A stretch of DNA of 64,000 nucleotides from Octopus vulgaris (GCA_951406725.2 OX597837.1:33542001-33606000); one strand, 5' to 3'. Positions 13,992-27,589 are shown, numbered from the stretch's first letter. The notes: generated by a model from the letters alone, not told the origin. A program made the numbers and translations.

Positions 13992-15623
13992 CAGGGGTTG
14001 GACAAAATAATAGAAACACCTAGCATCATAGCATCATAATTTTGAAATATCTGTAAAACCATCAAAAGCTAGTTTATTTTTATGTTTTTTTTAAAATTTA
14101 TTATTAGTGTTGCTTAATATGTTTTGCTAAAATTGCTGTTTCTTTTCAGATATCATCAGGAAAAGGTAATTAAAATTCATTAAAATGACAGATCTATTGG
14201 ACTTTCAAAGAGGTCAAATTGTTGGTGCTCATATGGCAGGTGCTAGCGTAACAAAAACAGCTGAAACATTTGGTGTATCAAGAAGTACCATTTCGATAGT
14301 AATGACAGCCTTTGAGAAAGAGTGAAAAACCTCCAGTCAAAACAAATCTCTGGAAGAAGACCAAAATTTTCAGATAGGGATATTCGGACTTTTACATGAA
14401 TTGTTAGAAAGGATCACAAAAGTACAGTTCCCAAAATTACTGCAGAGCTGTGTGAATTGGTGCATTATCATCCTGAAAGATTGCGTTTCCCTCTGGAAGC
14501 AGTTCCACAACCATAGGATGAATTTGATGAGATAAAAAGCTTAAACAGTTTTGACTATTAATTCTTCCATGTAGGGAAACCATTGGGCCCGTGGATTTCC
14601 AAGATATAGCCCCATCCCCAGATCATCACAGATCCTCCTCCATGTTTAACAGTCGGAAAAAGGCAGTCTGGATCAAATGCTTCTTTTGGCTGTCTCCAAA
14701 CGTATACTCGGCCAATGGTCAGAAATAAGGTAAAGGATGACTCATTCGAGAAAATAACATTCTTCCACTTCTCAAGGGACCAATTCTGTAGGTTTTTGCT
14801 CCACTCTAGTTTCCCCAAAAACTGTTTCCCCAAAAACTGTTCACCGGGAGCTGTACAAAGCCAGATTTCATGGGAGGGCTGCAATCAGAAAACCACTACT
14901 TTCAAAAACAAACATTGCAAAGCATTTAGAGTGGAGCAAAAACCTACAGAATTGGTCCCTTGAGAAGTGGAAGAATGTTATTTTCTCGAATGAGTCATCC
15001 TTTACCTTATTTCTGACCATTGGCCGAGTATACGTTTGGAGACAGCCAAAAGAAGCATTTGATCCAGACTGCCTTTTTCCGACTGTTAAACATGGAGGAG
15101 GATCTGTGATGATCTGGGGATGGGGCTATATCTTGGAAATCCACGGGCCCAATGGTTTCCCTACTTGGCAGAATTAATAGTCAAAACTGTTTAAGCTTTT
15201 TATCTCATCAAATTCATCCTATGGTTGTGGAACTGCTTCCAGAGGGAAACGCAATCTTTCAGGATGATAATGCACCAATTCACACAACTAAAGTTTTTAC
15301 TGAATGGTACAAAGAATATTCTAGTGAAGTTGAACATCTTATCTGGTCACCACAGTTCCCAGATCTCAATATTATTGAACATTTATGGTGCACTTTAGAA
15401 AAACAAACAAGGAGTCGATATCCTCCACCATCATCACTACAAGAACTGGAGACAGTTTTAACTTAAGAATGGACAAAAATTCCATTGAAAACAATTCAAA
15501 CTTTGTACAAGTCCATACCTTGTAGAATTCAAGCTGAAATTACTGCCAAAGTCGGTCCTACCCTATATTAAAATAAATTTGTTTGAAATTTTAAGGTGTT
15601 TCCATTATTTTGTCCAACCCTTG
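13992..15623 (+). mobile_element. Tc1-family DNA transposon, defective, with internal inverted duplication
   Basis: TIRs CAGGGGTTGGACAAAATAAT...ATTATTTTGTCCAACCCTTG flanked by TA. Transposase motifs MTDLLDFQRGQIVG, WKNVIFSNESSF, VKHGGGSVMIWG, FQDDNAPIH and PDLNIIEHLW are present, with stops and frameshifts. Confidence 0.95.
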
Positions 15624-16278
15624 TATGTGTGTATCTATGTATAAATATATACATAGATATCACACACACACAGATATATACATGTGTGTATGTATGATGG
15701 TGACACTTGTTTAACAATCATCTCAAGATGTCAACACAATAGACAAGGGTACACAACATCCATGGTCTTCCATGGACATCCTTGATTTTTCACCATCCCC
15801 AGAGATCAGAATGCACCCTCCTTCCACAATGCAGCTTGCAGACACAAAATGCACCCTCCTTAGCAAGGGCTTAAATTTTATCCCCTCCAAGAGAAACAAA
15901 GTGAATTTGACATATGCACTGACATTGTTTCCTTTACTGGACCCAATTTAAGGCCTTCTTCCGCAACAGAATTTCAGCTTTACCAATCTAGGATGACTTC
16001 CCTAACCTCACAAAGCGCCACTCTTGCTCTAATAGGACCCCCAAACCTAAGCCTATACCCTTTGGTTGATTTATTTAACAAATATTTATTCTAACAAATG
16101 AATACTGTTTTAATTTAGGCGTCTTCAATTTCTACAAATGACCAAAAAAATCTGACTTTGCCCCATTGGAACTTAACACCCTTCTTTCAAAGCAGCTGAC
16201 AAGGGTGACAGTATTGTAATCTGGCGAATCAAGCAGTACAGGCAAGAAGCACTCCACCAACTGAATGACCCTTTACAG

Positions 16279-17030
16279 CAGCATTTCTCAACTGGGGTTC
16301 TGCAAAAGGTTCCCAGGGGTTCTGTGAGAAAGAGTGAGATAAGCTAATGCTAATTTCATCATCATCATCATCATCATCGTTTAACGTCCGCTTTCCATGC
16401 TAGCATAGGTTGGACGGTTCGACCGGGGATCTGGGAAGCCAGAAGGCTGCACCAGGCTCCGGTCTTATCTGGCAATGTTTCTACAGCTGGATGCCCTTCC
16501 TAACGCCAACCACTCCGTGAGTGTAGTGGGTGCTTTTTACGTGCCACCTGCACTGGTGCCAGGCGAGGCTGGCATTGGCCACGGTCGGATTGGTGCATTT
16601 TACGTGCCACCTGCAAGGAAGCCAGTCGAGGCAGCACTGGCTTCGGCCACGATTCGGATGGTGCTTTTTACGTGCCACCGACACGGAAGCCAGTCGAGGC
16701 GGCGCTGGCATCGGCCATGATTCGGATAGTGCTATGATCATAATATTACTATACTTGCACTACATTGGTTATTGTAATATTGTAATATAGACATCATCCT
16801 TTCTAACCTATTATGTTATCAAAAAGAATATAACAACCATTGGGGATATATTTAGTGATGTCTGAAATTCATGGACACTCCATGTGTGTGTATGTGTGTT
16901 ATTTACCACATGAACTACAATGAAAAGAATATGAGAAAGATATGGTATATAATTTTTTTCTGTAGGGGTTCCTTGAGATATGTAATTTTCTTTAGGGATT
17001 ACACAAGGGTAAAAAGGTTGATAAACACTG
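16279..17030. mobile_element. Non-autonomous hAT-like element nested in the Penelope-like remnant
   Basis: Termini CAGCATTTCTCAAC...GTTGATAAACACTG, GGGGTTC subterminal motifs, and a decayed 8-bp TSD. Confidence 0.65.
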
Positions 17031-17222
17031 ATCTATAGTAAGATACCAAACAACCTCACCAAAAACAAGTGTCCATTGCTGCTCATGGATTTATCTCTTC
17101 TGACGCACTTCCACCCTCTTCCACCAACCTCATCATAACCACACCCCCAAACATCCACCATCTACTTTGTCTGCAAAATTCATGAACCAGACAATTCCGG
17201 CCAACCTATCATCTCTTCCTGT

Positions 17223-17614
17223 GGAAGCATGGAAGCACTCCGTCGGTTACGACGACGAGGGTTCCGGTTGATCCGAATCAACGGAACAGCCTGCTCGTGA
17301 AATTAATGTGTAAGTGGCTGAGCACTCCACAGACACGTGTATCCTTAACGTAGTTCTCGGGGATATTCAGCGTGACACAGAGAGTGACAAGGCCGGCCCT
17401 TTGAAATACAGGTACAACAGAAACAGGAAGTAAGAGTGAGAGAAAGTTGTGGTGAAAGAGTGCAGCAGGGAACACCACCATCCCTGCCGGAGCCTCGTGG
17501 AGCTTTTAGGTGTTTTCGCTCAATAAACACTCACAACGCCCGGTCTGGGAATCGAAGCCGCGATCCTACGACCACGAGTCTGCTGCCCTAACCACTGGGC
17601 CATTGCGCCTCCAC
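17223..17614 (-). mobile_element. tRNA-derived SINE, full length
   Basis: A/B-box head (TGGCCCAGTGG; GCTTCGATTCCC) and 11-bp TSD TCTCTTCCTGT at 17212-17222 and 17615-17625. Near-identical copy at 38412-38786. Confidence 0.9.
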
Positions 17615-17883
17615 TCTCTTCCTGTAACTGTCCTATGGACCTTCTTTCAGCATACCTCGACAAAATATTACCACCTACTTTATGCTGCCTTACCGTTACA
17701 CATTAAAACCTCAAAGGAAACCCTAAATCACTCTCCACAATGTTGGCTTATCAGCCTTTAAATACTTTGTGGATTGTTGCCCCCTACCTGTACTGAACCC
17801 TACAACACTTCTCTGCTTAGCTGAGTTTGTTCTAACCCTTAATTGCTTTTTCTTTCTCTGGTGAATTTTACAAAGAAGTCAGT

Positions 17884-18147
17884 AAAGGTGAAAGTAAAGT
17901 TCCCTTCTTGAGTCATGTCAGCTCATTAGGGGCCAGTTTCCTGGTTTTCATGGAGAGTATATATTTCTCACCCGGACAGGACACGGGTCCATCGCAGGGC
18001 TGCTCATTTTTTCCAGCTGTGTGGACGGGAACAACATGAAATGAAATGTCTTGCTCAAGGACACAATGTGTTGCCCGGTCCAGGAATCGAAATCACAATC
18101 TTACGATCATGAGTCCAACACCCTAACCACTAACTCACGCACCTCCG
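17884..18147 (-). mobile_element. tRNA-derived SINE (second family)
   Basis: 13-bp TSD CAAAGAAGTCAGT at 17871-17883 and 18148-18160, plus a tRNA-like head. Related pieces at ~23120-23245, 57505-57780 and 60720-60875. Confidence 0.85.
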
Positions 18148-21100
18148 CAAAGAAGTCAGTGGAGTCATTAGAACCAGAATGGGCCCTAATTATGCAAACC
18201 TCTTTGTAGGTTACATAGAAGAGCAAATCTTTGTTCAACCCACAGGACCCATCCTGAATTTGTGCAGTCATTATATTGAGGGAAGTAGAAATATACAAGT
18301 GTATCTAAAATGTAAGACTATTGCTTTAGCGAACTCCTTTTTCCTTTTCTTTTTTTCCTTCTCTTTGTCTTTACCTTTCTTTTCCAAATAATCGTTCTGA
18401 TAGCCATGCCCGCGCCTACTTTATGCTTTGCAATATCTATACCACTTTCTTCTCTATCCTTCTCGTATTCGTATACATACTAATTGATGATTTCAATGGC
18501 TTCATCATCATCATCATCATCATTTGGTGTCCGCTTTCCATGCTAGCATGGGTTGGACGGTTCAACTGGGGTCTGTGAAGCCAGAAGGCTTCATCAAGCC
18601 CAGTCAAATCTGGCAGTGTTTCTACGGCTGGATGCCCTTCCTAACGCCAACCACTCCATGAGTGTAGTGGGTGCTTTTTACGTGCCACCCGCACAGGTGC
18701 CAGACAGAGCTGGCAAACGGCCATGAACGGATGGTGCTTTTTATGTGCTACCGGCACGGGAGCCAGGCGAGGCTGGCAACAGACACGAACGGATGGTGCT
18801 TTTTACGTGCCACCGGCACGAGGCCAGTCTGGGCGGCGCTGGCAACGCTCGCGAAACGGATGATTCTCTTACATGCCACCGGCACTGGTAACACATCTGC
18901 AATTTCCATTGATCGATTTCGATTCTGATCCTCACTTGCCTCAACAGGTCTTCACAAGTAGAGTTTTGTGTCCCAAGAAGGGAAGGTATGCATACGTAGG
19001 CTGGCTCCATCCCATGTAGAAGGCCACGGGTTATGTCTCTATATTAAACCACGGTTTTACCTTTAAATTACCTACTACCTTTGTAGTAATGAAAAATAAC
19101 AAGTAGAGTAGGGCAGTCTGGACAGGCCATTATCTACTCTGTCCATTGTCCAGTCTGTTCTTGAATGACCACAGATTCTGGTGATGGTCAGAGCCATCTT
19201 AAGAGCGTCCGTCCAACCCGTGCTAGCGCGGAAAATGGACGTTAAACGATGATGATGATGATGATGATGAAGATGTTTATTAAATGTAACGAGGTAAATG
19301 TAAATTTACCCCGTTTTAATAAACAGGAACAGCTGTCAACAGTCTCCTAATTAAATTAAACAATGACTTTAAAACACCAATGATGCACTTTTCATTGTTA
19401 ATTATTGCTCCATTCCTTATCGTCTCTATATTAAACCACGGTTTTACTAAATTCTTCATTATTTTCAAAATTCATTGTGTGCGGGTGGCACGTAAAAAGT
19501 ACCCACTACACTCACGGAGTGGTTGGCGTTAGGAAGGGCATCCAGCTGTAGAAACATTGCCAGATCAGACTGGGCCTGGTGCAGCCTTCTGGCTTCACAG
19601 ACCCCATTTGAACCATCCAACCCATGCTAGCATGGAAAGCGGACGCTAAATGGTGATGATATATATATATACTAACCTCTTCATCATTTTCAAAGTTAAT
19701 TGTAGCGTATTTTAATTGCAGCGTATTTTAACAGAAAAATGGTAACAAAAGTATTAAAATGATCTAGATTATGTTAATTTATACTCCAAACACCAGCTTC
19801 TAATAATGACAAAATTGGTTTACTGAATTCCTTACCATATTCAAATTAAAAGAAACAAAAGCAGTGTATTTCAGCTAAAATATGCTAATAAAAGGTTCAA
19901 AGCTGAGTTTTTTTCCCCATTGTTATGTAATAACAGGAACTTGGCTGAAGCTTGCCACAGCAACAGATTGTCTCCCTTTACATGTCTAAATGGAGAATTT
20001 TTTGTTTTGTTTTTTTTTAGCGTTTTTATGTCATATTTTTAGTTTTTCTAAAATCTGTTATAATAATGAATTGTGTGCTATTTTGATTTCTTTGCAGTTT
20101 ATTGCTGTCTCATCATCACCATCGTCATCATCATTATCACCATCGTCATTACCATCATCATCATCATCGTCATCATCATCACCATCATCATTACCATCAT
20201 CATAAACAAGAACAACATAATTTAATGTCCACTTCCCATGCTGACATAGGTTGAAAGGTTTGACAAAATTTAGCAAGCTATAGGGCTGTGCCAAGCTCCA
20301 ATTGTCTGTTTTTGGCATGGATTCTAGAGCAGGATGCCCTTCCTGATGCCAACCACTTTACAGAGCGAACTCGCTGCTCTTTCCATGGCACCAGCACTAG
20401 TGAGGTCACCAAGGAAATTGCAAGACAGAAAATGGACAGAGAAAAGCACCCCCTGCCCCGACTAAGCATAGGGAGTATTTGAGAGAGGTAAGTGGTTTGA
20501 TGACTGGTGTTGAGAAGCTAAAGTAACTGCAGCCCCCCAGGGGCCACCTGACACCCTTGATCATCTTTCCAACAGCCTTTTCAGTCTTCCCTCAATAAAT
20601 ATGATCAGTGCCGCCTCGACTGGCTTCCATGCAGGTGGCACGTAAAATGCACCAATCCGACCGTGGCCGATGCCAGCCTCGCCTGGCACCAGTGCAGGTG
20701 GCACGTAAAAAGCACCCACTACACTCACGGAGTGGTTGGCGTTAGGAAGGGCATCCAGCTGTAGAAACATTGCCAGATAAGACCAGAGCCTGGTGCAGCC
20801 TTCTGGCTTCCCAGATCCCCGGTCGAACCGTCCAACCCATGCTAGCATGGAGAACGGACGTTAAACGATGATGATGATGATGATGAATTTCCTCTAACTG
20901 ACTTGCGTTTTACTTTTTTTGCCACCACCACCAACTGCCAAAAAAAAAAAAAATACAGCCCTTAGATGTGGTCCAAATATTTAAACGGTTGAGAGCAACT
21001 AGGTTAAGGTAAGATAAAGGGACAAGCACAGGTGTCTTGCTATAGAGCGGGGATGGATACACGGCTGCCCTTACATAACATAACGGTGGCTATGAGTAGA

Positions 21101-21350
21101 AGGAATTAAGACGAAGATGGTAGTGATGGGGTGTCAGGGCATAACCTCAAGAAGCAAAGAGATGGGTGTAAGAGAGGATAGATACAGTGGAGCAGGAAGG
21201 AAAGGAAGGGGTTTTAGTAGAGGGTTCAAGTGGAGAGAAGTCAGAAGACGGAGGCAGGACTGCCATAGCCTGTGATGCATCTAATGTGTGTCGTTTCTAC
21301 ACTGCTGTTGTTGTTTCTTTTCTTTGTTGGCCAAATATAGTAGACCAACA

Positions 21351-21756
21351 TCATCATCATCATTCATCATTGTTCGACCGTGGTCGAGACAATGGAATTT
21401 ACCATGCTACGCCAGACTTCACGGTCCATCATGGCATTATTGAGGTCCTGTTGCTGGATGCCTGTATCCCTGGAGATTACATCAGGGTAGGAGAGTGTGC
21501 ACCCTCTGGTATTGCGAGTAGATGGCTTCCAGAGGAGAAGAGTAGAAATTACTTCTTTTTCAGCTCTACAACAATGTCCAGCAAACTGGACTCTCCTACC
21601 TTTCACAAGAGATGACACAGGTGGTAGTTTCCCATATATTTGCATTTTGGTTGGATGACGCTTCCACGAGAGATTTTGAGCTCTCATAAGGAGGCGAGTG
21701 TAGGTTCCATCCAACCGCCTCTCAAGCTTCTTTGATAACGTCCAGGTTTCTGAGCC
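21351..21756 (-). mobile_element. 5'-truncated RTE/RTE-X LINE 3' end
   Basis: ORF ...DGTYTRLLMRAQNLSWKRHPT...QFAGHC...MMDREVWRSMV followed by a (TGA)n tail. 16-bp TSD ATATAGTAGACCAACA at 21335-21350 and 21757-21772. Confidence 0.92.
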
Positions 21757-22078
21757 ATATAGTAGACCAACAAAGTGTCCCTTTTATATCTTCCATGTGT
21801 ATGTTATTTTCTTGAACATGAGAATTAGTTGTATTCTGAAGTTCTCTAATGGTACAAGTAACAAAGGAAGACAATAGATTCGGTGCTATTTTAAACCTGT
21901 AGCTGCAGAGACAAGTTTTAGGATGATTTAAGTAAGACTGCAGTAATTGATGTTTATCAATGTCTGAAGAATGATGGGAGGATGTGATTGTGATGTCATT
22001 TCTGTATGAGACTGTACTTTGTGAAGGTGTGTTAATAATATTGGCATTATGATTCTCCATACACACAACAGAATATGC

Positions 22079-22115
<37 letters not shown>

Positions 22116-22148
22116 TGGAAATGGATGCATCACGTTCAATTAAATAAT

Positions 22149-22203
<55 letters not shown>

Positions 22204-23264
22204 AAATAAGAAAATGGAGGAATAGATTTTAATCAATCATCAGCTACTAGATAATACTAATTCATATAATTAATTAACTAATTATTTAGGAACATCCAGA
22301 TCAAACAGAATAATACAGAATAAAACAGTACACATCAATGAGTAAGATTATATATACATGCATATATGGGTACAGGACGTCACCAATGGTGCAAATAACA
22401 TGAAATACATAGGCAACAAGAAAAAAATGGGAAACAGGACAACATGTTGTCGTTGAATGCTTGAAATGAGGAGTAGATAGGGAACTGACAATTGATGAAG
22501 AGTCCTTTCTCTGTGTTTACTTGTCCTGCTTTCCATTATTTTCCTGTTGTTTATGTATTTCGGTCATTTTTCCCTCGTTTGTTTTACATATTTCATGTTA
22601 TTTGCACTGTTGGTGATATCTTGTAGCCATATATGCATGAACATCATCATCATCATCATTTAGTGTCTGCTTTCCATGCTAGCATGGGTTGGACGGTTCA
22701 ACTGGGGTCTGGGAAGCCAGAAGGCTGCACCAGGCCCAGTCCAATCTGGCAGTGTTTCTACAGCTGGATGCCCTTCCTAATGCCAACCACTCCGTGAGTG
22801 TAGTGGGTGATTTTTATGTGCCACCAGCACAGGTGCCAGATGGGGCTGGCAAACGGCCACAGTCAGATGGTGCTTTTTACGTGCCACTGGCACGTGGACC
22901 AGGCGAGGCTGGCAACGGCCACAATCGGATGATGCTTTCTATGTGCCACCGGCACGGAGGATCATTTATTATTTATATATATATGTGTGTGTGATCAAAA
23001 TAAGAAAACAAAGAAAGACTTTAACCCATCTTTAATGATCAGTCACAACTGTTCTGCACCAACTCTGTGCCAACACCTGTACAGGTGCACCATGTGCCAC
23101 ATGTCAGATGATGAAATGATCGCAGAGCAATGTGAAATGAAGTGCATTGCTCAAGAACACAATGCAATGCCTGGTCTGGGAATCGAACCCATGATCTTGC
23201 AATTGTGAGTGCAACACCCTAACCTCTAAGCCATGCGCCTTCACACATACACGCAATTTTGAAT

Positions 23265-23790
23265 CAGATGTGTTGGGCTGGTCAGGTTTGCAAAATGGAA
23301 ACTAGAAGGATGTTTAAACAGATTTTTGGGGAGAATAGACCAGAGGGAAAATGCTGCAGCATAAAGCAAAGAAGTAATTTAAGGATGTGATAAAAAGCAA
23401 TCTGAAACCTTTGGAAATGGACGTGGATAATTGGGAGGCATCGACTGAAAACCATGCATCAAGGATAAAGATTGTCAAGAATAGATGTGATGTCTATGAG
23501 CAAAAGCCAAGAGGAGCATTTTGCCCTGAAGCATTGACTATGTAAACAGAACTCAAGTGCAATGTCTGCAGAAATCCAACAGGAACTGAAGTACAATGAG
23601 TCAGTGTGGATGATATCCCCTCTCAAGATCTGGATTAGTCAGCCACCTAAACTCTCATGAACCAGGGAGAAATCAAGCAGTTTGTGAGATGGTTCTGCTG
23701 CCATGTCTTCTGTGGCACATTTGTAAGGAGTGTCGTTTAATTTGCAAGGCAGCTGGTGGCCTGACCAGGCATGATAAAATACATCAAGTT
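23265..23790 (+). mobile_element. RTE LINE C-terminal fragment
   Basis: WAGQVCKM..., FKDVIKSNLK, DVDNWEA and a C2H2-like CKECRLICKAAGGLTRH. Confidence 0.7.
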
Positions 23791-24663
23791 GTGCTGTTGG
23801 TTAGTTGGGAGCTAGAATATTTGGTTTGGTTGCATGCTGCTTTACAAGCAAAAGAAAATCATGATATTTAGATTTTATTAACATTTACAGATTGATGTTA
23901 CAATTGTTACTTCACAAAAAAAAAACTGTTCAACTGAATACCAGAAGCTATGTGTGTGAGAATGAATGCTTGCTGAGAGGTGGAAATATTATGTTCATGT
24001 TTGGCAAGAGGTGATCTTTTTAACATGAACTCTGAGCAGCATAGTTATCAGCCATGAACCCTCTCTGTCTTGGATTTCTCATGTAACTTGATTTACAACT
24101 ATGATTCGGTATGAAACTGCATGGAATTTTCTATTAACCTTGACATCACACAAACGCACCTGAACATTGAGAGGCTGAAATATGGGCCAAGAAAACATGA
24201 TGAGCACAGTCTTCACAAATTATGGAAACTTGATATGCTGTGGCCTTTGCCCTTTACTGAACTGACAGGGTTTCAAATGCTGAGTACTGCTACATGTTAC
24301 TACTTAGCCTATGACTCTTGCTCAAGGTGCTGCACAATGAAATTGAACCTGAGACTAAATAGCTGGGAAGCAAACATCTTAGGCTTCCAGTCATATCTGT
24401 ATTTTGTTGACTTCCATAACAAAGTAAAAAATTAAAAAAAACCTGAATTCTGTTTCTTAGCGAGACTCGTTCCATTGTTTTGTTCTTTTTAGAAATTGCG
24501 TATTCAATGATGAATGAATGTAGTGTTGTTATTATTGTCGTCGAGTTCTGGGTCGACAAAAACTTTTGATCACAAGCATTCACGCAACAATTATCAAACA
24601 ATTATTTTTTTTCTTCGACAATATTTCATACGACATTTTGTTCTGTTTTAATGTGGCAGTATG

Positions 24664-24888
24664 CGAGGGGCATTGAAAAGTTCTTGGCTTCAAGAGTGTT
24701 GCGAAAGGTCTAGTTGGAGGCCCAACCTTCCGAATGTTTGTTACAGGGCTTAGAAAAAATTTAAGGACCGCTGCAATAAGTGTGTGAACCTGAGAGGAGA
24801 CTATATACAAGCCTCGATAACATCATAATTAACCGACCCTCCCGTTTTTTCTTTTACCCAAAGCCAAAAACTTTTCAGCACACCCTCG
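24664..24888. mobile_element. Non-autonomous mariner MITE
   Basis: CGAGGGG..TGAAAAGTTCTTGGCTT / AAGCCAAAAACTTTTCAGCACACCCTCG. An inverted relative lies at 52722-52935. Confidence 0.75.
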
Positions 24889-25336
24889 AATAGTTTTTAG
24901 GGACGTTTGGTTGCTATTTCTAGCTGATCGAACGACCACGTTGTGGCTCCCACACTGGTTCGTAAACATTTCTATTTACATCTTTGCTATTTCTGTCTCT
25001 TACTCTTATCTGTTGAACTCCTTCGCTCATCACAGGCACCATCCCCAAACTGGCAACACACCATCCTTATAAACAACCACCTATTTTTACGTCTTCTCTT
25101 TTCATGTTGTCTCCCTTCATTCTCTCGCCAAGTGTTACAAAGAACTAATTGCTAAAATGCCATACTTTATTACAGTTTCTGTGAATAAATTGATGCGAGT
25201 TGTCCAAGATACGAACTCTGAGATTCGTAGCCAGGAACGTTATCCATTGCACCACAAACTGGAATCGCAAACACACATACATGTAGACAGGTGTACGCAG
25301 ATACCTACATGCTATCTATCTATCTATCTATCTATC

Positions 25337-25411
<75 letters not shown>

Positions 25412-25575
25412 GGTATGTCGATGCAAAGAGGAAAAAGTAGAAGAGAAATATATTTATCACCAGCTTATATAAGCTCACAGGTTTTCGACCTGTAACCATT
25501 TGTTAGGTGCCAACGCACGAAACTCTTAGACCTTGAGTCACTCTGTTTCTTCTGTTAAACATGTGTGTCTATACA

Positions 25576-25626
<51 letters not shown>

Positions 25627-25696
25627 GTACATATACATACACACATATATATATATGTATGTATGCATGTACATGCACGTATAGCTATACTAATGC

Positions 25697-25750
<54 letters not shown>

Positions 25751-26469
25751 GTATATCCGTGCATGCATATTTATACATTATAAACAAACAAGTGCATGTA
25801 TGTATAGAAAGCGAGGTTACACAGGGCTATAACCACGCGCACACATACATACATACACACATACATACAAATATACATATGTATGCACGTGTCTACATGT
25901 TTGTACACACACACACACATACACACATATATATGTGTGTGTATGCTTGTATATCTATATGTGCATGTACACAAATATGTATGTATGCACATATATATGT
26001 ATGTGTGTGTGTGTGTGTGTGTGTGTATGAATTAGGGCGTGATCCGTGTGGGTCACGTGAGCTACGTCACCAAAACAGCAGCACGACGGCAGCCATCACT
26101 GTTGATGTTTTTCTCAGTAAATGTGTTCCAACCTTTTTATTACATATACATATACATACATGCTTGTACAGCCTTTATAAACACCACTTCAAACTAAACA
26201 CTTCTCCCCTGTTTCCCCCTTAGATACCCCTTCTTCACTTTGCGTTCTGTTTCTTCGTCTTTTGCTGCCAATAACATCTACCTCCACCCCTTCTCCCCTC
26301 CAGCAATTAACACTGTTTATGTTCCTTAATTAACATTTACTCCATCCAACCACCGCTCTCTCTTTCCTCTCTTGCCGTTTATATCTATCTATCTACCTTT
26401 CCGTCTATATATCTCTCTGTTTATCTATTTATCTGCGTGTCTATCAATCTCTATCGATCTATCTATCAA

Positions 26470-26790
26470 TCTCAATCCATCTATTTACCCCTCTCTCTAT
26501 CTATCTATTTCTCTCTCTCTCTCCCTCTATCTATTTACCTCTCTCTCCATCTATTTACCTCTCTCTCTCTATCTATCTATCCATTTACCTCTCTCTCTCT
26601 CTATCTATCTATTTACCCCTCTCTCTCTCTATTTACCCCTATCTATCTATTTCTCTCTCTCTCCCTCTATCTATTTACCTCTCCCTCTCTCTCTCTATCT
26701 ATCTATCTATTTACCCCTCTCTCTCTCTATCTATCTATCCATTTACCCCTCTCTCTATCTATCTATTCCTCTCTCTCTCTCCCTCTCAGT
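26470..26790. repeat. Polypyrimidine minisatellite with a TCTATTTACC(C/T)CTCTCTC unit
   Basis: Direct reading. Confidence 0.85.
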
Positions 26791-27589
26791 CTGTAGTTTT
26801 CCTTTTCGCACTGTAAACACACGCTCTGTGAAACAAAGCAAGGCAAGATCATACAAGTACTGTATTATAATACTTTACGGTCAGCAGCTCTTGTATGTTT
26901 ACACTTTGTTTATATCATCCTTATTATTATTAATATTATTATTATATTGCTACCATTATTCTTATTATTCTTTATTTTTGCTCCATGCTGTCCTTTTTTC
27001 TTGCCTAATTACACTGTTCTCTTTCCTTTGACCATACATAGTCTCTCTTTTCTCTTCTCGACTCTGATGTAACGCAACAAACAGCAACACACACCATACA
27101 TACATCTGTTTAGACATACATATTATATATATGTTCTTTGTTGTGTAACTAGCTATCCCTCGATACATATATAAATACAAACTATTACTTTCTCCTGTTA
27201 TCCACACACACACATATATATATATATACATATATACACACACTTTGGTCTCTCTCTTCTCCCTGTATTTTAAGAGGTATCCCAACACTCAAAATATTCG
27301 TGGTGATACACAAATGTCTTGTTTTCAGCTGTCTACCAACCATTTATTTACACATTGTCTGAACAGATATGAACAAAAACACAAACATATGTGTCTGTGT
27401 GTGTGTCCTGTATATATTATACACGTATAGCAGTTCTCACATCTCCCAGCTTAAAGAAATAACATATGTCTAGTCAGTGTTGTGTATAGACCATATACAA
27501 TGATCCATGTGTTAGATATACACATAAATATATAGGCATAACACACGCACACATATATATACACACAAACACACATATATACAGACATT

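Larger units (their letters stand above)
15840..18500 (+). mobile_element. Decayed Penelope-like retroelement reverse transcriptase, split by several nested insertions
   Basis: Collinear motifs: KGLNFIP (~15865), KAADKG (~16190), TIYF..KIHEPDNSGQPIISSC (~17160-17625), FVLTLNCF (~17825), MGPNYANLFVGYIEEQI (18179). Confidence 0.85.

Noticed and set aside
17540-17614. tRNA genes at SINE heads (also 38710-38786 and 50889-50960)
   Set aside because: They continue into SINE bodies with TSDs; these are tRNA-derived heads, not tRNA genes.
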